Shown: positions 30,284-40,575 of the stretch, in pieces | Layout of the letters: the number at the start of each line of letters is the position of its first letter | How positions within the stretch are numbered: position 1 is the stretch's first letter | Made by a program: the position numbers and the translations under genes | The notes under the pieces: generated by a model | Told to the model about the DNA's origin: nothing | What the model saw: only the letters and a program-made list of their open reading frames with translations | Database searches by the model: none | Assembly: GCA_963845565.1 (NCBI GenBank) | Contig: CAWJSJ010000002.1 | Span: 1,728,001-1,792,000, forward strand | Length of the DNA: 64,000 bases | From: an uncultured Methylomirabilota bacterium | Lineage (GTDB): Bacteria > Methylomirabilota > Methylomirabilia > Methylomirabilales > 2-02-FULL-66-22 | Reading direction: 5' to 3'

Positions 30284-31302
30284 ATGCACATCACCGTCTG
30301 GGGTGCCGGAGCCATCGGCGGGATCACCGGGGGAGCGTTGACCCGCGCCGGACATGACGTCCTGCTGGTGGACGCTCACGAGGCGCACGTCGCTGCGCTG
30401 AAGCGGGACGGCCTGACGGTGGAAGATGCCCGGGGCAACTGGCACGTGTCCGTCAAGGCGGCGACCCCGGCCGAGGTGCGGGGACCGCTCGGGCTGATCC
30501 TCCTGGCCGTCAAGGCGCAGTCCACGCCCGATGCCATCGGACCAGAGTCGTCCCTCACCTGACGGACGCCTCGGTCGTCGTCTCGGTCCAGAACGGGTTG
30601 AACGAGGAGCTGATCGCGGAGCGGATCGGCGCGGCGCGCACCGTCGGATGCCTGGTCAACTGGGCGGCGGACTGGATCGCGCCCGGGCGGATCCAGTTCG
30701 GGGGCCCGGGGAGCTTCCTGGTCGGGGAGCTGGACGGCGCCATGACCCCCCGTGTGCGCGACCTGGCCGACCTGCTGTCGGTCGTCATGCCCAGTGGGAC
30801 GACCGACAATATCTGGGGCTGTCTCTGGGCGAAGACCTGTTACGCAGCACTGCTGTTCGGCACGGCCCTCACCGACGAGACGATCTACGACGTGGTGGAG
30901 CGGCCGTTCCCCACCCAGCGGATGCTAGTGCTGCTGGTGGCCGAGGCGATGGCGGTGGCCGAGGCGTCCGGCGTGCGCCTGGTGGCCTTCGACGAATATG
31001 ACCCCGCCCTGTACCGGAAAGGCATGGCAGGGGATGCGGCGGCGGTGAGCGAGGCCATGGCGGCGGTCTCCCGGTTTTACCGGAGACACACCAAGGTGAA
31101 GACCGGCATCTGGCGTGATCTGGTGGTCCGCAAGCGCAAGACCGAGGTGGACTCGCAGATCGGGGCGGTGGCGGCCAGGGGTCGGCGTCTCGGTGTGCCC
31201 ACGCCGCTCCTGGACCGGGTGGTCACGATGATTCACGAACTGGAGGACGGCCGGCGCGGCATGAGTTGGGCCAACCTGGACGAGCTGGTGGCCCTGACTT
31301 AG
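30284..31302 (+). CDS. Ketopantoate reductase (PanE/ApbA) family protein (frameshift near 30545)
   Basis: GAGAIGG, LAVKA, SVQNG, LWAK, RKTEVD, GVPTP. Confidence 0.85.
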
Positions 31303-31456
31303 CAGGCTGCTGAAAGAAATCCATCTGCCGCGTTGGCTTGCTCGGGCACTCGCTGCGGCGTACCGCAGTACGCCTCGCTCGGCCCATCCCGCGCCGCCTT
31401 GCATCTGGACTTTTTTGAGCAGCCTGGGCGAAATCTGTTTTTTTGGAACCCTGCGA
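31300..31456 (+). mobile_element. Short inverted-repeat element, family B copy 1 (MITE-like)
   Basis: TAG-CAGGCTGCTGAAA...TTTGAGCAGCCTG with internal GCGTAC..GTACGC hairpin. Homologous to 41677-41873. Confidence 0.7.
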
Positions 31457-31510
31457 GACGGCAGGGTGGGCTCGTCGGGGGCGACCCCGGCTTTGCGGAA
31501 GGAGAGGTCC

Positions 31511-33106
31511 ATGAGGAAGATGAAGCAAGCCGCGCGGATGCTGCTGGTCGCGGCGCTCCTGCTGGCGACACTCGGCTGGGTGTCGGATGCCCTGGCGGGT
31601 GAGAAGCGGGGCGGGACGCTGACGATCGTCCGGCCGACGGATCCCGTGTCCCTGGATTCCAATCTGGAGACCACCGGGCCCGGCGCCTGGGTGTACTACA
31701 ACATCACCGAGCCGCTCCTCGTCCTGGACGAAGCGGGGAAGCTCCAGCCCCGGCTGGCTACGAGCTGGCAGCAGCTCTCCCCGACCAAGGTCCGGTTCAA
31801 GCTGCGCCCAAACGTCAAGTTCCACGACGGGACGCCGTTCAACGCTGCGGCGGTGAAGTTCACGATCGATCGGGCCTTCAACGAGAAGCCGGGGGCGCGC
31901 TGGGCTAGCCTGGCCGGGCCGTTTGCGGGCGCCGAGGTCGTGGATGACCTGACCGTGGATATCATGACGAAAGAGGCGTACGGACCGACCCTGCGTTCCC
32001 TGGCGATGGCCTACGTGGGGATCGTGTCGCCGACGGCCGTCAAGAAGCACGGCGAGAATTACGGGCGCAACCCGGTCGGGACCGGCCCATTCAAGTTCGT
32101 GGAGTGGCGGACCAACACCAGCATCACCATCGAGAAGAACAACGACTACTGGGGCGACAAGGCCCTGGTGGACCGCGTGGTCTTCAAGGTGGTGCCCGAG
32201 GAAGGCGCCCGCATGATCTCCTTGCGGACGGGCGAAGCGGACATGGTCCTGATCCCGTCGCCGGCCGAGCTCCCGAATCTCAAGCGCGAGGGGAAATTCA
32301 ACGTGTACGAGGTGGTCGGCGGCCGGATCATCTTCGTGGGGTTCAACCTGGCCAAGCCCATCGTGAATGACCCGCTGGTGCGCCAAGCCATGTTCCACGC
32401 CGTAAACATCAACACGATCCTCGACAACATCTACGAGGGGTCGGCGGTTCGGCCGAAGAGCTACCTGGCCCCGAGCGTGTTCGGTTTCAAGGACATGCAG
32501 TTCGACAAGCTGTATCCGTACGACAAGGCCAAGGCCAAGGCGCTCTTCGCCAAGGCGGGCTGGACGCCCGGGCCCGACGGGATTCTGCAGAAGGGCGGGC
32601 AGAAGATGACGTTGTCCTGGCTGGCCTCACGCGGTCGGTATCTGAAGGACGCCGAGATGGCCGAGGCCGCGCAGGCGCAACTCAAGGAGGTCGGCGTGGA
32701 CGCTCGACTCCAGTTCCTGGAGTGGGGTGCGGTGTTCAGCCAGATGCGCTCGGCCAATCTGGACCACCACATGTACACCTTCGGATGGATTACCACCAAC
32801 AACGACGCCGATTACACCATGTACTCCTCGTTTCTGTGCAAGAGTGAGCCGCCGGCCGGTTGGAACCGGGCCCGGTACTGCAACGAGAAGGCGGATGCGC
32901 TGATCGCGAAGGCGCGAAGTAGCGTGGATCAACCGGCGCGCGAGAAGATGTACGGCGAGGTCCAGACCATCATGGCCAAGGAACCGATCTGGATCCCGGT
33001 GGCCAACACCAAGGAAGTCGTCGTTACCCAGCGGTATGTCCGCGGTTTCTCGGTGCATCCGGTGGAGTACAATCTGGACCTGACCAAGGTCTGGATGGAC
33101 AAGTAG
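31511..33106 (+). CDS. Family 5 (peptide/glutathione) ABC substrate-binding protein
   Basis: Signal peptide, KFHDGTPFNA, PVGTGPFK, VRQA. Confidence 0.92.
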   Translation: MRKMKQAARMLLVAALLLATLGWVSDALAGEKRGGTLTIVRPTDPVSLDSNLETTGPGAWVYYNITEPLLVLDEAGKLQPRLATSWQQLSPTKVRFKLRPNVKFHDGTPFNAAAVKFTIDRAFNEKPGARWASLAGPFAGAEVVDDLTVDIMTKEAYGPTLRSLAMAYVGIVSPTAVKKHGENYGRNPVGTGPFKFVEWRTNTSITIEKNNDYWGDKALVDRVVFKVVPEEGARMISLRTGEADMVLIPSPAELPNLKREGKFNVYEVVGGRIIFVGFNLAKPIVNDPLVRQAMFHAVNINTILDNIYEGSAVRPKSYLAPSVFGFKDMQFDKLYPYDKAKAKALFAKAGWTPGPDGILQKGGQKMTLSWLASRGRYLKDAEMAEAAQAQLKEVGVDARLQFLEWGAVFSQMRSANLDHHMYTFGWITTNNDADYTMYSSFLCKSEPPAGWNRARYCNEKADALIAKARSSVDQPAREKMYGEVQTIMAKEPIWIPVANTKEVVVTQRYVRGFSVHPVEYNLDLTKVWMDK

Positions 33107-33176
33107 CCGACCGGTCAACCTCGATTCGCCAGGATGCCCCCGGGCCAGGGCGCCCGGGGGCATCCACCTTTTTGTG

Positions 33177-34097
33177 ATGCTCATCTATCTGTTGCGCCGA
33201 CTACTGCAATCCGTTCCGGTGGTCCTGGGTGTGATCTTTGCGGTCATGCTGACGATCGAGATGATCCCAGGGGATCCGGTGACACTCATGCTGGGCGAGC
33301 ACGCCACCCAGGAGTCGGTTGCGGCTGTCCGCGAAGCCCTCGGCCTGGACAAGCCGCTCCTCGTCCGGTATGCGCAGTACATCGGGAACCTCCTTCACGG
33401 CGATCTGGGGCGGTCCATCCGCGAGCGGCGACTCGTGAGCCAGGAACTGGCCGACGTGTGGCCCGCTACGCTGGAACTCACGACGGCTGCGCTCGCGATT
33501 GCGGTTATCTTCGGGGTGCTGGCGGGGGTGGTCTCGGCGGTGTGGCCGAACTCCTTCTTCGACGGGGTGATGCGGCTCGGCTCGCTCTTCGGTCTCTCCA
33601 TGCCCGTCTTCTGGACGGGCCTCACCCTGATCATTTTCTTCAGCCTTTGGCTTCCCTGGCTACCCGTAGGGGGGAGCGGATCGCTGCGCCATCTCATCAT
33701 GCCTGCCGTCACGCTGGCGCTGCCATCGCTGGCGATGGTGGCGCGTATGACGCGCTCCAGCGTCCTGGAGGTGCTGCGCGAGGACTACATCCGGACGGCG
33801 CGGGCGAAGGGGGTGCGGGAGCAGGTGGTGGTCCTCAAGCATGGCTTGCGCAATGCGTGCATCCCGATCGTGACGCTGCTGGGGTTGCAGGTGGGGCAAC
33901 TCCTGGGCGGTGCGGTCCTGACGGAGACGGTGTTTGCCTGGCCGGGGATGGGCCGGCTGATCGTGCGGGCCATCTTCGCCCGCGACTACATCCTGCTGCA
34001 GGGAGCCATCCTGGTCTTCGCGCTGGCTTTCGTGCTCATCAATCTGATCGTGGACATCTCGTATGCGATGTTCGATCCGCGGGTGAGCCGACGGTGA
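33177..34097 (+). CDS. Peptide ABC permease (DppB-like)
   Basis: PGDP, DYIRTARAKG, ETVFAWPGMG, DPR. Confidence 0.93.
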   Translation: MLIYLLRRLLQSVPVVLGVIFAVMLTIEMIPGDPVTLMLGEHATQESVAAVREALGLDKPLLVRYAQYIGNLLHGDLGRSIRERRLVSQELADVWPATLELTTAALAIAVIFGVLAGVVSAVWPNSFFDGVMRLGSLFGLSMPVFWTGLTLIIFFSLWLPWLPVGGSGSLRHLIMPAVTLALPSLAMVARMTRSSVLEVLREDYIRTARAKGVREQVVVLKHGLRNACIPIVTLLGLQVGQLLGGAVLTETVFAWPGMGRLIVRAIFARDYILLQGAILVFALAFVLINLIVDISYAMFDPRVSRR

Positions 34098-34143
34098 CGA
34101 TCGGCGAGCCACGAGCCACGAGCCAAGGCGGGCATTTCTGTCA

Positions 34144-34170
34144 ATCAGCGCCATCTGTGTAATCTGCGGA
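34144..34170. repeat. Three 9-bp ATCWGYG-type repeats
   Basis: ATCAGCGCC ATCTGTGTA ATCTGCGGA between the permease genes, next to a GAGCCAC run. Confidence 0.55.
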
Positions 34171-34189
34171 TGAATCGTCGGGGTCGTCG

Positions 34190-35050
34190 GTGACGGACAG
34201 TTCTGGGGTTTCGGCAATCAAGGCGGATGCGTGGAAGCGGTTCTGGCGGAATCGTCTGGCCGTGGTGGGCCTCGCGATCGTGGCGTGCTTGTTGCTCGCC
34301 GCGATCCTTGCGCCGCTGCTCGCGCCTCACGATCCTGGCCTCCAGGATCTGGCTGCCAAACGCACCCCGCCCGGCGCGCGGTTTCTCTTGGGGGCGGACG
34401 AGTTCGGTCGGGACATCCTGAGCCGGATCATCTACGGAACGCGCGTCGCCCTGCTGGTCGGGACCGTCTCGGTCGGGATCGCGCTTGTGCTGGGACTGTT
34501 CTTCGGGATCGTCTCGGGGTACGTGGGTGGAGTTCTGGATAGCCTGGTCAGCCGGGGGATGGAGATCTTCTTGGCCTTCCCCTATCTGCTGCTGGCCATC
34601 GCCGTGGTGAGCGCCCTTGGCCCGGGCGTCCTCAACACGACGCTGGCCGTGGGAATCTGGGCCATGCCGGCCTTCACCCGGATCGTCCGGGCCTCGGTGC
34701 TGTCCCTTCGGGAGATGGACTACATCCAGGCGGCCCGCGCCATGGGCGCGCCCACCCGGGCCATCCTCCTGCGGCACCTGCTGCCGAATTTCCTGCCGAC
34801 GCTCATCGTGTACTCGACGCTCTACATGGCCAACGCCATCCTGGTGGAGGCGGCGCTGTCGTTCCTGGGCCTGGGCGTGCAGCCCCCGACCGCCTCCTGG
34901 GGATTGATGGTGGCCACGGGCCGCGACTTCCTGTTGCTGGCACCCCACATCACCACGATTCCCGGCCTCGCCATCATGCTGGCCGTCCTCGGCTTCAACC
35001 TCCTGGGCGACGGTTTACGCGACGCCCTCGACCCCAGACTCAGGACCTGA
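34190..35050 (+). CDS. Peptide ABC permease (DppC-like)
   Basis: LGADEFGRD, YIQAARAMGA, LSFLGLG, GDGLRDALDPR. Confidence 0.92.
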   Translation: MTDSSGVSAIKADAWKRFWRNRLAVVGLAIVACLLLAAILAPLLAPHDPGLQDLAAKRTPPGARFLLGADEFGRDILSRIIYGTRVALLVGTVSVGIALVLGLFFGIVSGYVGGVLDSLVSRGMEIFLAFPYLLLAIAVVSALGPGVLNTTLAVGIWAMPAFTRIVRASVLSLREMDYIQAARAMGAPTRAILLRHLLPNFLPTLIVYSTLYMANAILVEAALSFLGLGVQPPTASWGLMVATGRDFLLLAPHITTIPGLAIMLAVLGFNLLGDGLRDALDPRLRT

Positions 35051-35344
35051 ACCGCAAAGGGCGTAAGGCCTCGAACCGAGTCCGCCCCCAAAGCGCAGCC
35101 AAACGCTGTCCGCGCATTCCAACGCCACAAGACCGTATCCACGTACGGCCTGCGCTCCCCAACGGGGGCCGCGAGTACGGCTTGACAGCCCATATGTCCA
35201 GTGTTAGCGTGCCCTTGTATCAAGGATCGGATCTCAACGAGGCCGAAATGTGTTCGGGGGCTGTCGAAGGGGGTAATTCCGAAGATTCGCAGCGAACGGA
35301 TACCGTTGTTGTGTGAAAGAGGCGGGTGGCGGGGGGGAGTTGCT

Positions 35345-35548
35345 ATGGAATACCCGGTGGTGCTGGAGAGGGATAAAGAGGCGGGTGGTTATGTAGTCTA
35401 TTGTCCGACGCTGAGAGGTTGTGTGTCTCAGGGGGAGACCGAGGAAGAAGCCCTGGAGAACATCAAGGACGCGATCCGGACCTACTTGCTTGGACTGGAG
35501 GACCTCAAGACCCTGAAAAGAATGCGGACCGTTGAGGTTACATTGTGA
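35345..35548 (+). CDS. hicB: HicB family antitoxin (short, no DNA-binding domain)
   Basis: YVVYCPTLRGCVSQGETEEEALENIKDAI. Confidence 0.9.
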   Translation: MEYPVVLERDKEAGGYVVYCPTLRGCVSQGETEEEALENIKDAIRTYLLGLEDLKTLKRMRTVEVTL

Positions 35549-35757
35549 CCCACCTGTCCCAGGTCTCCCATGAGCGGGTCGTTCGCGCTCTGGAGCGGCG
35601 GGGTTTTTGGATTCTTCGCCAGGGAAAGCATATTGCCATGACCGACGGCAAGGTCCTTCTCATCATTCCGCGGCAGCACACCATCAAACCGGGTACTCTC
35701 CGCCAGATCCTTGACGCCGCCAATCTGACCGCCGAGGAGTTCCGGGATCTCCTTTGA
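35545..35757 (+). CDS. hicA: HicA family mRNA interferase toxin
   Basis: LERRGF..RQGKHI, IPRQ, GTLRQIL. GTGA overlap with hicB. Confidence 0.88.
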   Translation: MTHLSQVSHERVVRALERRGFWILRQGKHIAMTDGKVLLIIPRQHTIKPGTLRQILDAANLTAEEFRDLL

Positions 35758-35774
35758 AGTCCACCAAGGGTGTC

Positions 35775-35948
35775 CGGATGCAAGGTCCGCTCTGGACGGA
35801 CTTGAGTGGGGTCGGGCTGTTTCTGACATATCTTGGCTTCAACCTTCTGTATTCCAGGTACGGTGCGTCACAATACGTCCTCTATGCGGTGCTATCCATC
35901 ATCACGACAACAATCATTGTTGGTATTTGGTGGTTAAAGGAGCCGGTG
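35775..35948 (+). pseudogene. Fragment of a small multi-TM (DMT/SMR-like) protein
   Basis: Hydrophobic frame ending in IVGIWWLKEPV, truncated at both ends, lower GC. Confidence 0.45.
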
Positions 35949-36072
35949 CGGCGGTTGTGCTCTTCTCGATTGGCCAGTCAACGGCTTAACGCGCGACTTG
36001 ACCGGATAGGTTTCAGCCGCCGGTGATCTGTGGCGCTTGGGTATTGAAATCAACCCTTGAAAGGAGAAGCGC

Positions 36073-36762
36073 ATGAAAAAGTATGGCGCAGAGTTCTTCG
36101 GGACATTTTGGCTGGTTCTTGGCGGATGCGGCAGTGCGGTGTTGGCCGCTGCCTTTCCCAGCGTCGGCATTGGTCTGCTTGGTGTTTCGCTGGCCTTCGG
36201 TCTGACAGTACTGACGATGGCCTACGCGATTGGACACATATCTGGCTGTCACCTCAATCCGGCCGTTTCTGTCGGGCTCTGGGCCGGCGGTCGTTTTCCC
36301 GCGAACCAGCTTGTGCCTTACATCATCGCACAGGTCTTGGGCGGGGTTGTCGCGGGCGGCGTCCTCTATATCATTGCCAGCGGAAAGGCCGGGTTCGACG
36401 TAGCCAAGGGGTTCGCTGCGAATGGCTACGGCGCGCACTCGATCGGCGGCTACTCGCTGTTGGCCGGTCTGGTCACCGAGATCGTCATGACGATGATGTT
36501 CTTGATCATCATTCTGGGTGCAACGGACAAGCGGGCACCGCAAGGATTCGCCCCGCTGGCGATCGGTCTGGGTCTGACACTGATCCACCTGATCAGCATC
36601 CCGGTCACCCAGACATCGGTGAACCCGGCACGCAGTACGGGCGTAGCCATGTTTGTCGGCGACTGGGCGACAGCTCAGCTATGGCTCTTCTGGATTGCTC
36701 CGATTGTTGGTGCTCTCATTGGCGCGGCTATCTATCGGTTCATCGGCAGCACCGAGGACTGA
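36073..36762 (+). CDS. aqpZ: Aquaporin Z
   Basis: [18 protein letters not shown] and TSVNPARS (two NPA motifs). Confidence 0.97.
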   Translation: MKKYGAEFFGTFWLVLGGCGSAVLAAAFPSVGIGLLGVSLAFGLTVLTMAYAIGHISGCHLNPAVSVGLWAGGRFPANQLVPYIIAQVLGGVVAGGVLYIIASGKAGFDVAKGFAANGYGAHSIGGYSLLAGLVTEIVMTMMFLIIILGATDKRAPQGFAPLAIGLGLTLIHLISIPVTQTSVNPARSTGVAMFVGDWATAQLWLFWIAPIVGALIGAAIYRFIGSTED

Positions 36763-36844
36763 TCGCTATCGTGCCTGACCACCGGTTGTCGCATGCGGCT
36801 CACGGCCGCCGCCGAACCGGCGCGTAGGGCAGATACGGAATTGT

Positions 36845-37030
36845 GAGCGGGATCGATTCCGCCGCGAACAACCACCAGCGATTCGTGCGTGCGCAAACGG
36901 CGGACCCTTTCGTCTGGCCCGGGTGCGATCAACAGTTCGGGGTCTCAGTCCACCGATACCGCGATCGTCCGTGGGCCGAGCTTGTCGAGTTGTGGGTCGG
37001 CCTCAATCGTCATGTGGCCCAGATCAACGA
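36845..37030 (+). pseudogene. DinB-family fragment
   Basis: IDSAANNHQRFVRAQ...WAELVELW..LNRH, with no intact start or end. Confidence 0.6.
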
Positions 37031-37047
37031 GGGCGTGCCGCCTACAC

Positions 37048-37176
37048 GCCACGGAGGTCGGACGAGGCGTCAGCGTGCGCGTGCCGGTGGTCGTCATCAA
37101 CGGCAAGGCGGACCGACCGGTGTTCGCGGTGACGGCAGGCGTGCGCGACGCTCTGGACCCGCGGCTCAGACCCTAA
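37048..37176 (+). pseudogene. Chimeric remnant: aspartoacylase-gene fragment fused to a DppC-like 3' end
   Basis: VRVPVVVINGKADRPVFAVTAGV matches 39635-39727. RDALDPRLRP* matches the end of 34190-35050. Confidence 0.7.
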
Positions 37177-37255
37177 ACCGGCTCGTCCCTTCCGGCTTCC
37201 AGTTGCCAGCTGCCAACTGCCTGCTGCGCCTTATCCGCACTGCGCCTTGTCTGCC

Positions 37256-37284
37256 TTGACACGGCCTCCGGTGTGGGCTAGGTT
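37256..37284 (+). promoter_or_regulatory. Putative sigma-70 promoter
   Basis: TTGACA-17 nt-TAGGTT about 300 nt upstream of the collagen-like gene. Confidence 0.55.
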
Positions 37285-37581
37285 TGGGCCGTTCCAGCGG
37301 TTCCCCGGACGCGTCCGGTGAGGCACTCGCCAATCCCGACGGGCCCTGGGGCCGCGCGATTCCGGAGCGGGTACATCTCAACCAAAGGTAATCGGCCCGC
37401 GACCACACGGCGGTGACTCAGGGAGACCTTTCTGGGCATTCTCGGGCTTCGTCCCGCGGAGATGACACATGCTGATTCGGTGCGGTTCCCTGCTTTCTCC
37501 TGGGAGAACCGACACGATCAGGCAGGTGGTGTCCGGTACCGTTTCCGCTGTTACCCTTGACGCGAAAGGGAGGTGGTGGTC

Positions 37582-38058
37582 ATGGCCAAAAAACCAACCG
37601 GAAAACCCATCAAGAAGAAAACACCGGCGGTTCGGGCAAAGGTGACCAAGGCAAAGGCCGCTGCGGCGCGCAAGCCTGCGACCGCTGAGCGCCTCGACGC
37701 CCTGGAAACTGGCTTGGCCGACCTGGCCCGCAAACTGGGTAAGCTGACCCGCACGGCGGGACCAGCGGGCCCCGCGGGACCGGCCGGCGCGAAAGGAGAC
37801 AAGGGTGAACCCGGCGCGCAAGGTTCACCAGGCCCGAGGGGCGAGCGGGGCGAAACCGGGCCGCAAGGTATTCCCGGCATGAAGGGTGAGGCCGGACACC
37901 AAGGCCCGGCCGGACTCAAAGGCGAGCCTGGTCTGCAAGGGCCTGCGGGACCGAAAGGAGACAAGGGTGAACTTGGCCCGCAAGGTCCGTCTGGACCAAA
38001 GGGCGAGAAGGGAGATCGTGGCCCCCAGGGCCCCCAAGGCCCCCCAGCGTCTGCCTGA
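37582..38058 (+). CDS. Collagen-like protein (Lys/Ala-rich N-terminus, short coiled coil, 32 GXY triplets)
   Basis: Uninterrupted GXY run. GGAGGT RBS. Confidence 0.88.
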   Translation: MAKKPTGKPIKKKTPAVRAKVTKAKAAAARKPATAERLDALETGLADLARKLGKLTRTAGPAGPAGPAGAKGDKGEPGAQGSPGPRGERGETGPQGIPGMKGEAGHQGPAGLKGEPGLQGPAGPKGDKGELGPQGPSGPKGEKGDRGPQGPQGPPASA

Positions 38059-38640
38059 TGGTGGGAACGGGCAGGCGTTCAAAAACGGCACCGGACACCA
38101 TTTTGAAGCTGACTGCCTGATCTCGCAGAGGCAGGGATCCAGTTCTGGGCAGCGTACGGAGCGGGGTGCAGGGACGCCGCTCTTCGGAAACGGAGGTTTT
38201 GTCGCAGTCGGTCGTGCGGGTGGGAGCGGACGGTCTCTGGGGTACATTCGCCAGTGAACGTGGTCGCTGGCGTCGGATCACGCCGGCAACAGACATGTGC
38301 CCGCGTTACCTGAGCTCGGTCTGGGCAGGCTACCTGTTGGCCGACCTGTTCAAGACATTCTTTATCCCCAACGGAATCTCAGTCTTGTCCTGCACGCCCG
38401 CCGCGGAGCCCGTTCTCTCGCCATCACGAACCTCGTTGGCCGGATCCGCCATGCTTGACTGCTCGCCGTTGTCCATGGCATGGACGATTCCATGCGAGTC
38501 TTCTGGGGGCTCATCACGTCCTCACGTGGCAGGGCCCGCTGCTTCTTGCCGCGCCGAGGAGATCCGTGCGGGCGGATGCCCCGACGCGCTGCGCGGATCG
38601 GCGGTCTCCCCTTCGCGCGCCTCGATGCGAAAGGTGGCGT

Positions 38641-39321
38641 ATGCGTATCAGCGCGGTGGTGTTCGATTTTGACGGCCTGATCCTCGATACGGAAAGCACC
38701 GACTTTCAGGCCTGGCAGGAAGTGTTTGCCGCGCATGGCTGCGAGTTGGGTCTGGAGGTGTGGGCCGACTGCATCGGGCGCCCATCGGGATACTTCGATC
38801 CGTACGATCATCTTGAGCGGCTCCATGGCGCCCCGATCGACCGTGCCCGCATCGACGCGCAGCGCCGCGGTCGGCTCCGGAAGCTCAACCTGCGGCAGCC
38901 GATCCTTCCAGGCGTCGTCGACTATCTCTGTGCGGCGCGAGGGATGGCGCTGAAGATCGGGCTGGCCTCCAGTGCGGATCGCGCCTGGGTGCACGGGCAC
39001 CTGGAGCGACTGGGCCTGCTTGGCTACTTCGACGCGACCAAGTGCGTCGAGGATACCGGCGCGCACAAACCCGACCCCGGCCCGTACCTGGCCGTGCTCG
39101 ACACGCTCGACGTCGCGCCCGGCGGGGCCGTGGCCTTCGAGGATTCGCCCCCCGGCATCGCTGCGGCCAAGGCGGCCGGGATGTGGTGCGTGGCCGTGCC
39201 CAACCCGATCACCCGGCAGTTGCACCTCGGCCGCGCCGACTGTCTGTTGGAATCGCTCGCTGCGATGCCGCTGCGGACGCTGCTGGCGCAACTCGATGGA
39301 GCAGAGGCGTCGGAACCGTGA
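38641..39321 (+). CDS. HAD family phosphatase (beta-PGM/CbbY-like)
   Basis: FDFDGLILDTE, KPDPGPY, FEDSPPG. Confidence 0.92.
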   Translation: MRISAVVFDFDGLILDTESTDFQAWQEVFAAHGCELGLEVWADCIGRPSGYFDPYDHLERLHGAPIDRARIDAQRRGRLRKLNLRQPILPGVVDYLCAARGMALKIGLASSADRAWVHGHLERLGLLGYFDATKCVEDTGAHKPDPGPYLAVLDTLDVAPGGAVAFEDSPPGIAAAKAAGMWCVAVPNPITRQLHLGRADCLLESLAAMPLRTLLAQLDGAEASEP

Positions 39322-39349
39322 GAGAGGGGCCGAGACGTCCGCAGCAACA

Positions 39350-39551
39350 TCGCGGAGTCGCGGTCAAACCGGACGACATCCTCTTCGGAAATGACGACGG
39401 GATCATGGTCGCGACGGCGCAGGACTTGGTCGAGGCGATTCCGGTCGCCGAAGCAATCCAGTCGGAAGAGGAGACGGCGCTTTCGCGGATGCGGGAGGGA
39501 GCGAGCCTTGCCGCCCTGGGTGCCGGCGGGTTCCCTGATTATCAAACGTAA
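39350..39551 (+). pseudogene. C-terminal remnant of an RraA-family gene
   Basis: GVAVKPDDILFGNDDGIMV...EAIQSEE...MREGASL with no N-terminus. Confidence 0.6.
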
Positions 39552-39562
39552 GGAGAAACGCG

Positions 39563-40525
39563 ATGTCCACGAAACCAATATCAGTGGGAGAGATCACGGC
39601 GCAGCCTGGTCAGGTGGCACGGGGATTCCTAACCACGGACGTCGGGCGAGGCATCACCGTTCGGATGCCGGTGGTCGTGATCAACGGCAAGGCCGACGGG
39701 CCGGTATTCGCGGTAACGGCAGGGGTCCACGGCGCGGAGTATCCGGGGATCGAGGCGGCCATCCGGCTGTCCCGGACGCTGGATCCCTCTGAGGTGCGGG
39801 GCGCGGTGATCGTCGTCCCCGTGGTGAGCGTTCCCGCCTATCAGCGGCGAGCGATCTACGTGAACCCCCTGGACGGGATCAACTTCAATCGCGTCTGTCC
39901 CGGAAACCCGGTGGGGACGATCACCGAGATCATGGCCGATTTGCTGTTCAAGAATGTGATCGCGCAGGCCGATCACTACATTGACTTGCACGGCGGCGAC
40001 ATGATCGAGGCACTGGTCCCGTTCACGTTGTATTACAAGTCCGGAAACGAGGCGGTTGACGCCGCATCCAAGGCGCTGGCCGAGGCGTACGGCATCCCGA
40101 TCATCCTGGGGACGACGGTCCTACGGGGTGGGGCCTACGGGGCGGCGGCGGCGATGGGGAAGCCGGCGATTCTTACGGAGGCTGGCGGACAGGGGATCCT
40201 GGACGAACCTTCGACGCAGACACACATCCGCGGGGTACTGAACGTCCTTAAGAAATTCGGCGGGCTCCCGGGCGCGCCCGAGCCCGGGCCGCCGCCTGTC
40301 TACTACAACAAGTTCGTCTGGCTGGCAGCCGACCAGGACTGCGTGTACTACCCGAAGGTCACGGTCGGACAGCAGGTGAAGGAGGGGCAAGTGATCGCCG
40401 AGTTCACCGACCTGTTCGGGGAGAAGATCGGCGAGTTGAAGTCCCCCGCCACGGGCCCCGTGCTGTTTCTGGTCACGTCGCCCGCCATCAACAAGAGCGA
40501 CCCGCTGATGGCGATCGGCGCCTAG
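39563..40525 (+). CDS. Succinylglutamate desuccinylase/aspartoacylase (M14-like) family protein
   Basis: GVHGAE, NFNR, DLHGG, EAGG, C-terminal hybrid barrel. Confidence 0.92.
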   Translation: MSTKPISVGEITAQPGQVARGFLTTDVGRGITVRMPVVVINGKADGPVFAVTAGVHGAEYPGIEAAIRLSRTLDPSEVRGAVIVVPVVSVPAYQRRAIYVNPLDGINFNRVCPGNPVGTITEIMADLLFKNVIAQADHYIDLHGGDMIEALVPFTLYYKSGNEAVDAASKALAEAYGIPIILGTTVLRGGAYGAAAAMGKPAILTEAGGQGILDEPSTQTHIRGVLNVLKKFGGLPGAPEPGPPPVYYNKFVWLAADQDCVYYPKVTVGQQVKEGQVIAEFTDLFGEKIGELKSPATGPVLFLVTSPAINKSDPLMAIGA

Positions 40526-40575
40526 CGAGGGTTGGGGAGCAGGAGAGCACACGCCTCTGGTTGGAGGGACGGCGG

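Noticed and set aside
38078..38107. Palindrome TTCAAAAACGG...CCATTTTGAA as a mobile-element end or operator
   Set aside because: Single copy in the window with no partner transposase, so it cannot be assigned.
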